NCBI RefSeq assembly: GCF_001194135.2
Contig: NC_068988.1
Span: forward strand, 94,797,932-94,861,931
Direction: 5' to 3'
DNA: 64,000 nt
From: Octopus bimaculoides
Lineage: Eukaryota
How positions within the stretch are numbered: position 1 is the first letter of the stretch; every line of letters starts with the position of its first letter. A model generated the notes under the pieces. It ran no database searches, had not been told where the DNA came from, and worked only from the letters and a program-made list of their open reading frames with translations. A program made the position numbers and the translations under genes. This document shows, one piece after another, positions 52,824 through 64,000 of the stretch.

Positions 52824-53002
52824 TGTATACTGTCAACTTAAGGTGACAGTCCCCTGAAGTGAATAATACTACTGTTGGTTAGACCTAGGAAGCTGCACCG
52901 CTACCTGTCGGCCTTGACACATTTCCTGTGTCCTTATGTTTACAAGGGGGAGACAAGTATCTCCACCCAGCTAAGCCTGCCACATTAAGTTGACAGTATA
53001 CA
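52824..53002. mobile_element. MITE (~179 bp) with terminal inverted repeats, TA-target (Tc1/mariner-like) type
   Basis: tgtatactgtcaacttaa (52824-41) / ttaagttgacagtataca (52985-53002) form a perfect 18-bp inverted repeat, extending to 26 bp with 2 mismatches. Confidence 0.8.
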
Positions 53003-53053
53003 GCTACTTCATCGTATCACTACTGCATAAATCTGCATAAATATATTATTTCT

Positions 53054-53346
53054 AAATTTTTCCATTTCTTTTAGAGAAACGTTGTCATCTGCTGGTAATG
53101 ATACATCAATTAGAAAGCATTTTTTTCTTCATGATCTCTGACAACTATATCTGGCTTATTGGCCTTAATTTTTCTATCTGTGTGTATTGGCATATCCCAT
53201 AGTATGGTTGCTTTCTCGTTTTCTTTGACCTTTTCTGGCGTGTACCTATGCCATCTTATTTCTGTTGCTATTCCATTTCCATAGTGTTGGTATAGCTTCC
53301 AGTGTATGTAGGTCCCAGCTCTGTCGTGTTTGTGAATATATTCCTT
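53054..53346 (-). mobile_element. R4/Dong-type LINE fragment, restriction-like endonuclease N-half
   Basis: KEYIHKHDRAGTYIHWKLYQHYG..ILWDMPIHTDRKIKANKPDIVVRDHEE / CFLIDVSLPADDNVSLKEMEK (PD..D motif). Confidence 0.88.
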
Positions 53347-53694
53347 CTTCTTCTTCTTCTTCGTCTTATCATTATCCTGCTTTTCATAATGCTATAGTTT
53401 CGTTGTAACCCCTTATAACAGTAAAGTGATTACAACCGTTAAAACTTAGGTTATAGAGTGATTGTTAAAAAGAAGCCAGTTTGTGAAATCTGGTTAGGCG
53501 CAAGAAATAACGCAAAGCCACTGAAAGATAAAGGGACGCACGACATATTCTCACTGTTCTTAATAAATGTGTGACCTTCTGCTTCGATCGAATATTCATT
53601 TTTCTCTCACGCTAATTACTCGATAGCAAATGTTTTAAATGTGTGTTAGGTTGTTTATGTATTGACATTAAATATGTGGCGATTATTAGAAAAC

Positions 53695-53900
53695 AGTGTT
53701 AAGGCAAGGAACTAACAGTCGTTAGCACGACGAGCAATTGCTCCTCTTCTGGTTCTGAGTTCAAATTCTGCCGAAGTTGACTTTACCTTTCATCCATTCG
53801 GGGTTGATAAAACAATTACTAGATGTAATCGACCTAGAATCTAGGTCCTAGACCCTTCGCTGAAATTGCTGGCCTTGTGCCAAAATTCGAAACCATAATT
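53695..53900 (+). mobile_element. SINE family A, diverged
   Basis: B-box 'gagttcaaattc', central block and tail. Confidence 0.75.
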
Positions 53901-54188
53901 TGATAACAGTTTTAAGTGCAGTGTGAGCTCGATTATCTCCCTTCGTCTATTGACGATTCATTGTTTTTCTCTCTTCGCTAGTGGTTTGTGTGTGTGTGTT
54001 TTAGCTTATTAAATCTATTTCAACAACTTAGCGTTACTAAGACTTTTTGGTAATTTCTTATTTCTCGTATAGTAAACGCAATTTTTTGTTATCAAAATAA
54101 TAAACAACATTAAATCAAATGAAGAAATATTTGCTGGAATTGATTCTCCACCCCGACATCTCAAACTATATTTGTTAAAACATTGCAT

Positions 54189-54498
54189 TTTCAAAATACA
54201 AAGACCTGGAAAGAGAGGTAACTCGAATGTGGAATCTAAAAGCAGAAGCAATTCCTATCATAGTAGGTGCCTTAGGTATAATAAAAAAAATATTCAGACA
54301 AATACATAACAAAAACACCAGGACTTACAAATATATATAACATACAGAAAATTGCACTACTGGGTACTGCACACATCCTACGCAAAACAATTTCAATACA
54401 GTAACCATAAGAGCATCACAGCAAACCACAGCACATACCCAAGGCACACAGAGCTGCGCTCGGTAGTAAAGTGAAAGCACGTTATAAAAATAAAACTA

Positions 54499-54571
<73 letters not shown>
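54189..54571 (+). mobile_element. R4/Dong-type LINE 3' end: RLE C-half, stop (54402-04), 3' UTR and (AAT)n tail
   Basis: SKYKDLEREVTRMWNLKAEAIPIIVGALGI..IQKIALLGTAHILRKTISIQ*. Confidence 0.9.
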
Positions 54572-54573
<2 letters not shown>

Positions 54574-54575
<2 letters not shown>

Positions 54576-54786
54576 TGATGATTTCAAATTTTGCCACAAG
54601 GGCAGCAATTTGAGGGGATGAGAAGGGTCGATGTAATCAATTCAATTCAACTGGTACTTAATCTATCGACTCCGAAAGGGTGAATGGTAAAGTCGACCTC
54701 GTCGGAATTCGAACGCAGAACGTTGCGAGGGGTGAAATACCGTTAAGCATTTCGTTCGGCGTGCTAACGATTCTGCCAGCTCGCCG

Positions 54787-54789
<3 letters not shown>
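54574..54789 (-). mobile_element. SINE family A flanked on both sides by (AAT)n
   Basis: Family blocks present; (AAT)n at 54502-71 and 54791-54845. Confidence 0.88.
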
Positions 54790-54845
<56 letters not shown>

Positions 54846-55356
54846 TAATTATCATTATTACTGTTTTCTAATTATCTTATGCATGTTTTGATTTTTTTTA
54901 TATTTTTAAGAAAATCAAAGCCATTTCACTCTGTTCCGTTCTGTTGAAGTAAATCAACAACAACGAGTAAAATATTTCAACTTACACATAATTTTGAACT
55001 TACATCATTCTGTAATGCGAAAATAAGACAAGTCGGCAGTCCGCCACGGCGAATACTCAATCACTGCAGAGCTGGGTGACAAGCATGCTTTGGTGATCTA
55101 TTATGATAATGTTGGAGTCGGCTGCGGCGGCTTGTTGACTTCTGTCGTATGCTATTGATGATTTTCAAGACAGAACGAACGGCAATGGTGCTAGCTGGGT
55201 CACATGCAGAAGATTGATGGCAGGATGCGGGCGACTCCAATAATACTACTACTTATAGTCATAGCAGTGGTAATAACGTTCACAACAATAACAGCAACAA
55301 AGACAACACTAATAATAATAATAATAATAATCATGTGTCCAGGGTGTATGTGACTC

Positions 55357-55405
<49 letters not shown>

Positions 55406-56749
55406 ACCCAACCTTGTGACAATGATGCGAAGTGGGTGTGGATGGGCGATGTAAAATAGATGACCGTGGGAGAAGATGATAAATAGAAAATAAAAGATAA
55501 AAAATAAAGTAAATTAACGAAAATAATGAAGTAAAATAAAAAAAGCTATGTGAAATTCCAAGAATGATAAAGAGTAACAACGAATGCAGAACGTGTGTGT
55601 NNNNNNNNNNNNNNNNNNNNNNNNNNNNNNNNNNNNNNNNNNNNNNNNNNNNNNNNNNNNNNNNNNNNNNNNNNNNNNNNNNNNNNNNNNNNNNNNNNNN
55701 NNNNNNNNNNNNNNNNNNNNNNNNNNNNNNNNNNNNNNNNNNNNNNNNNNNNNNNNNNNNNNNNNNNNNNNNNNNNNNNNNNNNNNNNNNNNNNNNNNNN
55801 NNNNNNNNNNNNNNNNNNNNNNNNNNNNNNNNNNNNNNNNNNNNNNNNNNNNNNNNNNNNNNNNNNNNNNNNNNNNNNNNNNNNNNNNNNNNNNNNNNNN
55901 NNNNNNNNNNNNNNNNNNNNNNNNNNNNNNNNNNNNNNNNNNNNNNNNNNNNNNNNNNNNNNNNNNNNNNNNNNNNNNNNNNNNNNNNNNNNNNNNNNNN
56001 NNNNNNNNNNNNNGCTGTTATTTATATCAGACCACAAAGAAGTGAACGAGCTAATAGTTTTGATGTGACCCAAGCTATAGTTTCGTTATTTTCAGCCCGG
56101 AATGTTTATTATTTCGCTTAGAATGTCTACTAAATACTACAGCAAAATAAGTTGTATTTTTTTTTTTACAGATCTTCCACGTAAAGCAAGGTAATTGGAG
56201 TAATACTTGCTGATTTAATGCTGCAACTAATGGAAGCTGTGTGAGAATTGTGAAGGCGGGTTCTGCACCGCCTAGATTAATTTCAAGCTCTTTTTAATTT
56301 TTTTTTTTTTTTGTCTTACGTCTATAGTTGTTGTCCTACATCGGCACTGCAGCACAAATTTATACGGGTTCAAACTAAAGCGCATGGCTTTGGTGCCTTT
56401 CTCGTGTATATTAGTGACGTAAATGAACTGTTGTTGACGATGATGATGCTGTTGTGACGACCATTTATAATACGAAATAAGACGGGAAGTGGTTATACGG
56501 AAATGATAAGGCATAGGACATGAACTCATCTATTTAGTTTTGTCATTGCAGACCGAAATATATCCAAGGCTGGCGTTGTGCATCACAACTTCAAGGGAGA
56601 AAAAAATATAAAAACCACCAAGGAATGGAACCGTCTTCATTAACAAGATTTTCTGTTATTCGCCAAAATCTAAATTCTCTAAAGTCAACCAAATTTGAAA
56701 TTCTCTACATTAAGTTTTAGTTTTCATTTTAGCAATCATCAATCCCTGG

Positions 56750-56997
56750 GCGTTACAGTCTCCAGTCCGAGGGGTCGTAAGCCCGGTTGGCCGGTTTCTG
56801 AGGCGTATAACTGACCGAGATCACAATATCCTCCCTGAACAGGACCTCAGGGTTAACCAATTACAGCTGAACATACTGCAGCAATGTGAGATGAATATTT
56901 TTGCTCAAGAACACAACGCACCACCTGGGCTGGGAATCGAATCCATGGTCTTGTGATCGTGAATGCATCGCCATTAACCACTCAGCCACGCGTCTTC
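56750..56997 (-). mobile_element. tRNA-derived SINE of another (CORE-like) family
   Basis: The minus strand reads 'gcgtggctgagtggttaatggc..ggattcgattccc..gttgtgttcttgagcaaaa'. Confidence 0.7.
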
Positions 56998-57076
56998 TCC
57001 CGATGGATGCAAGCATTATCGATTAAGAGAGCATTTAGTTGACAAGATCGACACCAATAAATCGTAGAGGATTAAA

Positions 57077-57365
57077 AGGCGGAGCGGTGGCAGAATCGTC
57101 AGCATACCGGGCAAAATGTAGTAACATTTCATCTGTCTTCACATTCTGAGTTCAAACTCCGCCGAGGCCGACTTTGCCTTTCATCCCGTCGGGGCGTATG
57201 AAACAAATACCAGTGGAACACTGAGGTCGATATAATTCACTTACCCTATCCCCCGAAGGTGTTGGCCTTGGGCCACAATTTGAAATGTTGATGTGGTCGA
57301 CTAAAGGCGGTGTTCCAGCATGGCCGCAGTCAAATGACTGAAACAACTAAAAGAGTAAAAGAATA
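57077..57365 (+). mobile_element. SINE family A copy (57077-57290) directly followed by a family B tail (57295-57365)
   Basis: Family blocks present. Confidence 0.8.
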
Positions 57366-57819
57366 TATATATGCATACAATAAATGCATATATGTATAGC
57401 AGAAAGCGCTCACGTGACAGATCGTCCCTGCACATACACACACACACACACATAGACACATGTTTACAGAAACATATCTACATATGAATAACAAACGTGA
57501 AGAAATAAGGAAAGATCAATACTCGCCTAACAAAGACTTTCAGACTCTAATCACATCGCTATATTTACTACTAAAAATGGCGATATTGTTTCAACAGTAA
57601 AAACTAAGCAGAATATCTGGAACATTCCATTGAACAAAAATTTCATTGCAAAAGTCGTGAATTAATATTCTCGCAAGCATACTCGTCTGTTGTAGCGTTC
57701 CTCAGAACATTTAACAAAACATAAATACTTCTAGAAAATTAAAATTGATTTTCTGAATATCTAATCAGTAAGCATCTTGTTTCAGTATATCGATGCCTAA
57801 TCGATTAATTTTAATACTC

Positions 57820-57975
57820 TCAGAGCTGGCAGAATCGTTAGCACGCCAGAATTAACGCTTTGCAGCTACTTTGTTTGTCCTTACGTTCTAAGTTCAAATT
57901 CCACCGAAGCCGAATTTGCTTTTGGTCTTTGCAGGTCGATAAATTAAGTTCCAATTCATCACTGGGGTTGGTGAC
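57820..57975 (+). mobile_element. SINE family A, 3'-truncated
   Basis: 'gagctggcagaatcgttagcacgcc..aagttcaaattccaccgaagccgaatttgc'. Confidence 0.75.
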
Positions 57976-58965
57976 GCTGACCTTGAGACCAATATTCTCA
58001 GAATAGGCTATATGAAATAGACACAGACTTGTATGTAAGCATGCATACACCTAAATTAATAGGATGTTCACGGATGGAATCTCTTTGATTATATAGCAAC
58101 CTGACCAGGGCTCACCCACATAATCGACGAAATAACAACTCAAGTATTTTTATTATTCGGTTACATTGAAATCAGTGCCTGATTCGAAAGTGTGATTGGC
58201 AGACGTGAATTCGGGGTGGTAGGGTATGAGATTTGATCTCAGACGGTAAACAGCGGCAAAAAATACCATAATGCATTTTGTCAACCACGTGACAATTCTA
58301 CCAAGCTACCGCCAAATACCAATAATTTTATACCGACGCAACGCAAAACATTTATACCGGAAGAAGTATAGGGAGTTCAAGTAGTTTCTCCGCAGTGAAT
58401 TTTTTCTCTCCAAGATGTATTTCAAAACATGTGTAGAAGAGCCAACCTATATATCAAAAATGAAGGCCGACACTTTCAACACCTCTTTTAAATTTGTTTT
58501 TTTAAGTCTTGTAAAGTCTAATATATTCTCTTTGTAGTCTTATACCATCTAACAAATATTTATTTTGCAATAAAATACCTACTGCGGAGAGACCTTTTGA
58601 ACACTCTGTATAATCGATTGAACCAATTCAAGAACCATATTGATACTTATTTTCTGTTAAAGAGATTCGAGGAGAAGTTATTCCCAAGGAGTCAATTCAT
58701 TAGAAGCTCAGTAATTTTTATCATCTGCTGATACTGTGGTATTGTCTGTGAAATTTTGGACGAAATATATTCGATCGAAATTAAACCTAAATGCACATAT
58801 TAGACTTTATATTCGAAACCGAAAGGCTGAAGGTAAAAAAGACGTCGAGAAGAAGAGGTAAATAAAATCTGCAGGGTATTTTGTTCAGAATTCTACCATT
58901 TCTTTCGCTTCTTTATTAATAACACATGAGTGCTAAGGCCCCAAATCTATTCGCTGACATTATAT

Positions 58966-59019
<54 letters not shown>

Positions 59020-59775
59020 TTATATAATGTATGTGTATATGTATATGTATATATACGTAATATTTATATAATTATGTGCACATATTATATTCGCTTATAT
59101 ATGCATGTATGTATGTATGTATACACACGCGAATAGTCATATGATTTATTGATCAAACTTAATAACGTCAACGCCGGTTGGTGGATGGTAATATCATTAG
59201 AATAGAGTTCCAAGCATCTTAGTAATTGTGAGATAAGAAAGTGTTTCAAGGTATAATTATCTAATTCTCTCGCTGCTTTCATCGAAGAAAAGAAACATCA
59301 ACCAAACTGTTTAGTAACGAAATAATACGAAGAATTTTGAAGAATGGTTTTTAATCTGATCGGTGAACAATGATTTTCAGTCGCTATTCGCCGATAAAAA
59401 CCATCACACAATTCATGATTATGAACTTTACATCAAAGCAAAACGCATGTTCGTTGGACTAAAGATTTTGTGGAATATATAACATTAAATAGTAATTGAG
59501 AAATTCCATTCTCGACGCATGGCCTTTGACTGGATACAACTACTATATATATATATATATATATATGTTTGTTTTTAGTAATTCTTCCAATTGAGGTTTG
59601 CATAACGTAATTAACAAACATTTCAGTGTGCTCTGGTCTTCCAGTCTTAGACTAAAAATTAATAAAATATGTATTTTAAAACTTAATTATGATTGTCTAA
59701 CATCGTACAGCAATCAACGCAAACAATATACTATATACTATATACAATATACTATATACAAACAAACACACACAC

Positions 59776-59817
<42 letters not shown>

Positions 59818-59844
59818 GTAAATATTATGTATACACATACACAC

Positions 59845-59990
59845 AATATGGGTTTCGCATTGTTTCCGTTTACCAAATTCTACTCGAAAGACTTTGGACA
59901 ACTTATTGCTCTCGTAAAGCAAACCAAACGTGACGCGCGTTAGAATTGAACTCGTAAACACTTGCTTGCGGGACTAAATTTTTACTACGT
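59845..59990 (-). mobile_element. Degenerate SINE family B-like head
   Basis: 'gtttccgtttaccaaattc..aaagactttgg..gaattgaactc'. Confidence 0.5.
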
Positions 59991-60316
59991 GATTATGTTT
60001 ATGCCTTATAGTCCGAAAAATGATTTACTTTTATCCATAACTGAATTCTTCAGCATGAAATTGGTACATGAATACAACATTATACTAAAGTGAAAATACT
60101 TTTACCGTTGCAGAGTTTTATGAATTGTTACAAATCCGAAGACTGTCTGGAATCGTAAACATTGACCAGTTTTGTCACGGAAGTTGACTTTTGATCTGCT
60201 CTTCTGAGCAAAAGAAGAGATCATTAAATTATGCAAGATCTGGTTTTCCGTTCAATGAAACTTGTGCGCACGTTTAACGATTTGAAAACAGATATTATTA
60301 ATATAAACCTATAGTT

Positions 60317-60735
60317 AAGGCGGTGAGCTGGCAGAATCGTTAGCATGCCGGACGAAATGCTTTGCAGCATTTCGTCCGTCTTTGTATTCTGAGTTGAAAG
60401 TCGCCGGAGTCGATGTTTCCCTTTCATCTTACCAGGTCGATAAAATATGTTCCAGCTGACCACTGCGGTCATGTAATCGACTTGTCTCCTTCTCCGAATT
60501 TGTTAATCTTATACCAATTTCTGAAACCAATATAAGCTTATAGAAAGGCGGTGAGCTGGCAGAATCGTTAGCACGCCGGACAAAATGCTTTGTAGCGTAT
60601 TGTCCGCCTTTACGTTCTGAGTTCAAATTCCATCAAAATCGATCAAACAAGTACAAGCTAAACACTAGAGTCGATGTAATCGATTTACACCCTCCCCTAA
60701 AATCGCTGGCCTTTTGCCAAAATTTGAAACCGAAA
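60317..60735 (+). mobile_element. Two head-to-tail SINE family A copies (60317-60535, 60546-60735)
   Basis: Both start 'aggcggtgagctggcagaatcgttagca'. Confidence 0.85.
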
Positions 60736-61443
60736 CCTTAGTTGTAGTTTTTCTTTGTATTGCTTAGCCCCAAGTCATCCCTGATTAAACCGATACACAT
60801 CACTATCGCACATCTCTACTTTAATCATCTCACCGTTTATTTTGTTTAAGTATGGCTACGTTATCTAATGACTACTTCTTGTTTTAAGATAATAAACTGC
60901 ATATGATTTAATGAAAGTTGGCTGTTGTTTTCCGCAGGTCAAGCGACCACTCAAAGACTTCTCCGTTGAGGAATAACAGTGGACATAAGTAAAGTGACAT
61001 ATCTTTTGCAATTGAAGCCGCCTTGTTAACACGCCATGCTGACAACGTGCTTCTTGTTTCAAGACTTTCTCCAAACACGTTATAAAATAAATATTAACTT
61101 CGATTAATCCGTTACGTATAAACATAATATAACAACGTCCAATCATAGGTGGATTGCTCAGTATTAAGAAGATGATACAGCGCTCCAGGATTCTTTTACA
61201 ACAATCCAATTCTAAAACATAACAGTTTTGCTTTAAAATATATCCCTTTCTAAAGCCAGTGTTCTCTTTGTTAGGACATAAATTACGGTGGAAAATGAAA
61301 ATCATGTAACAAAGAAACAATCTCTGCCTGAAGATGGATTATCATGTCTGATGATTGAGGCTTAACTAAAAATAATGATGGACATCTACCTAAATTCGTT
61401 CACTTAATTGCTTTACGTCTTCTTTAATTTCCTTCTCCGGTCA

Positions 61444-61486
61444 GCGCCTCCTCTCCTTTGCGCCTCCTCTCCTTTGCACCTCCTTT
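61444..61486. repeat. 16-bp tandem repeat (gcgcctcctctccttt) x2.7
   Basis: Direct reading. Confidence 0.8.
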
Positions 61487-61957
61487 AGATTTTTCACGAC
61501 AGTTTTGCACATTTTCCTAACAACTGTTTTTCGTTTCGTTCCTGCTGTTGTTGTTGTTGTTGATGGTGGTAGGGTTAGGAGAGGGACTGGTGGTAGCGGT
61601 GATAGTGGTGGTAGTAGTGGTGGTGGTTGTGGTGGGGATATTGTTTCTCTTAGTTTTTTTGTTTTTGCTTTGTTTTTTTTTTGTTTTTGTTTTTATATAT
61701 TGTTAGTGTTGCTGTCGTTATTGCTACAGTTGCTGTTCTTTCTTCCATCGCTCTACCAATATCTAATATGGCTGTTGGCAAAATACATCATCACCATCAC
61801 CAACACCTCCACGACTTCAATGTGCGAAGGCAAACTGCCGTTGCTACAGCTACAGCAACAACAACAACAACAACAACAACAACAACTGCTGCTGCTACGA
61901 GAAGCATAGGCGTGTATGCGGCAGTATCAAATTTTCTACTAAAGCAAATCGCTTGCT

Positions 61958-62025
<68 letters not shown>

Positions 62026-62892
62026 TGCTCAGACGCATTCTCTTCCCCATTTTTTACCAGGAGGTCGACCTGTTCGTAGTTTAAGAAGCAGTTACCTTTC
62101 CCCCAAAACAACCTAATAGTAGCTAAGCGCCCAAATTAACCTGCTGAGACAGTACAACTACTACTTCACTGGCCAATTTCTCTCCAATTTTATTACTATT
62201 TTTATTTTTTAACAACGAGCAACCTACCCATACGAGAAATGAAATTAGTGCTAAGTTGGATAAATCAAATCGTGTAAGCGTTTGATCAGGTAGGAAGCGA
62301 TTCCGGTGAGAAATAACGCTAACCATATCATCCTAACAAGCAAATGTACGTTCGGTGAAGTGCTTGCTGTTGTCTGCTTTGGAATCTGAGCACGTCCAAC
62401 GATGTGATGAGTTCACCGACTCCTTACCCCGTCGCCTTTCTCCCCGCCGCCACCAGCTCGTTCTCGCTGTAACAGTACTTGCGCGGACGTTAAGGCGTTT
62501 CTGGACAACGCATGATTAACTGGACGACAAGCAAACGAGGTCTGGCTAGCTGCTACACAGTTGGGATAGGCTTGTCTTGCCGCTGATGGATTTCTTTCTT
62601 CCTTATGTTTGTAAAATATCATAGTCATCTCCAACGATTTTACGTCGAAATACTAGCTTAGTCAGATTACATACAACACTTGATACAACGAGATAATTTT
62701 CAAGTATATTTTTCTCTCTCCATCTGTCTTCTCTCTTATCATTTCTCTCGCTCGCCCTCTCTCTCACTCACTCTATCTCACTCACTCTATCTCACTCAAT
62801 CTCTCTCTCTTTCTCTCTCTCTCTCTCTCCGAATATATGTGTGTCTGTGTGTATTTATATATGTATATATGATGTGCGTATATATACATATA

Positions 62893-62928
<36 letters not shown>

Positions 62929-63030
62929 TGTACTACATATATGTAGCGTATAGAAACATGTACACATATATATAAAGCGTATATGAGTGTGTTTATACAC
63001 AATGAATATATACATATATACATACATACA

Positions 63031-63062
<32 letters not shown>

Positions 63063-63070
63063 AACACATA

Positions 63071-63866
63071 CGTAGGGTGCGGTAGATAAATTGTCGCCAT
63101 TTTGTATTTTTGATTTTGCAGAGTCGCATTGTTGATTTTGTCGACTACACAGCATCGTAAGGTCTGTTTGGCACCGTCTGTGAAAAAAACAGTACCATTA
63201 CGCAACACACCCAGCCAGGTGTTTGGAAACGACATGCTGTACTGCTTGATATTCGCGCCAGAAGCTCCAATACGAACATTTCAGTGTGCTTGGGTGTCAA
63301 TCTGAAAACAGTGCTGAGGATTCGGAAAGAGTTGGATGACTCTAATGGTCATTACGAAGGAACGGATGCTCAGAAAACACACTCCGATCGTTCTGATAAG
63401 AAAAGAACTCCTGAATTTGTTGGTGAGATCCAGGCTGTGATTGACAACGATCCCTCCAAGTCATGGGAGTCTCTGAATTTCTTATCAGGCAAGTAGTGCA
63501 TAAAAATATTCGGTATTCCTCATACGAGACGAGAATGGGCCAATTTTTATCCCAAACCATCAAGGATAAGAGGAAAGACTGTACTATGAAGGTTTCGAAC
63601 AAACTCAAGCATCCCCTCCAACCGATCATTTTTTGTTTTTTCTCAGACGAGAAAAATTTCTGTCAGGATAAGATGGTGAACACACAGAAAACCCGTTAGC
63701 TTGCTGTGTTCCCAAAACATGTACAGAGAGTGATAAAAATCAAACATCCAGTCAATATCATAGTGTTTAGAGTGATCACTAGTGATGACGATGTTATGCC
63801 TCCAGTCATCTTCTCACACGGCCTCACATTGAACACGGAGGCCTACGGCAAGTGCCTGGACTAGGT
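63071..63866 (+). mobile_element. Decayed Tc1/mariner DNA transposon (maT/DD37D-like): 5' end and transposase relic (63197-63866)
   Basis: HTH-like ..LGVNLKTVLRIRKEL.. then, after a frameshift, [60 protein letters not shown]. The first catalytic D lies in FSDEK. The putative TIR start is 'tagggtgcggtagataaattg'. Contains stops and a frameshift. Confidence 0.85.
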
Positions 63867-63872
63867 ATGTAT

Positions 63873-63920
<48 letters not shown>

Positions 63921-64000
63921 GTATGTATATGTATATATATACATACATATATGCATACATATACATATATATATATATACATATATATATATACATATAT
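63867..64000. repeat. (TA)n/(TATG)n microsatellite interrupting the transposase
   Basis: Direct reading. Confidence 0.9.

Larger units (their letters stand above)
4176..56012. other. Span containing ~21 assembly gaps (N runs of 10 to ~775 nt), e.g. 4176-4690, 8511-8907, 11768-12288, 14868-15492, 22331-22751, 38479-39252, 40725-41246, 55601-56012
   Basis: Direct reading; most gaps are bordered by simple repeats. Confidence 0.95.

Noticed and set aside
4005-56121. Long ORFs in the track made of X runs or YI/CV/HT/LS/poly-residue repeats
   Set aside because: They are translations of N-gaps and microsatellites.

Overview
Repeat-dense, AT-rich animal genomic DNA from a gappy draft assembly: about 21 N-gaps (~5.7 kb by my count), most flanked by microsatellites. 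The two dominant tRNA-derived SINE families match my recollection of Octopus SINEs, so the source is probably an octopod cephalopod (inference). I recognise no host protein-coding gene, rRNA, functional tRNA or CRISPR array, and nearly all listed ORFs are microsatellite or N-gap artefacts. Supported content: more than 25 SINE copies; decayed non-LTR retrotransposon fragments (R4/Dong-type and HERO-type RLE elements, CR1/L2-group RT pieces); a decayed Tc1/mariner (maT/DD37D-like) transposase; a TIR MITE; a hAT end; and several Penelope-type tails. The most interesting signal is a set of minimal type-I hammerhead ribozyme (HHR) motifs from at least three sequence families (9.4, 19.6, 45.8 and 49.1 kb, with a degenerate candidate at 41.4 kb). 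One (49.0-49.3 kb, minus strand) is fused downstream of a tRNA-like Pol III head, resembling a Schistosoma Sm-alpha/retrozyme-like element. There is also an apparent ~1.1 kb inversion splitting an R4-type LINE, and a 15-bp minisatellite born inside a SINE. All structures were folded and translated by eye; no database searches were run.
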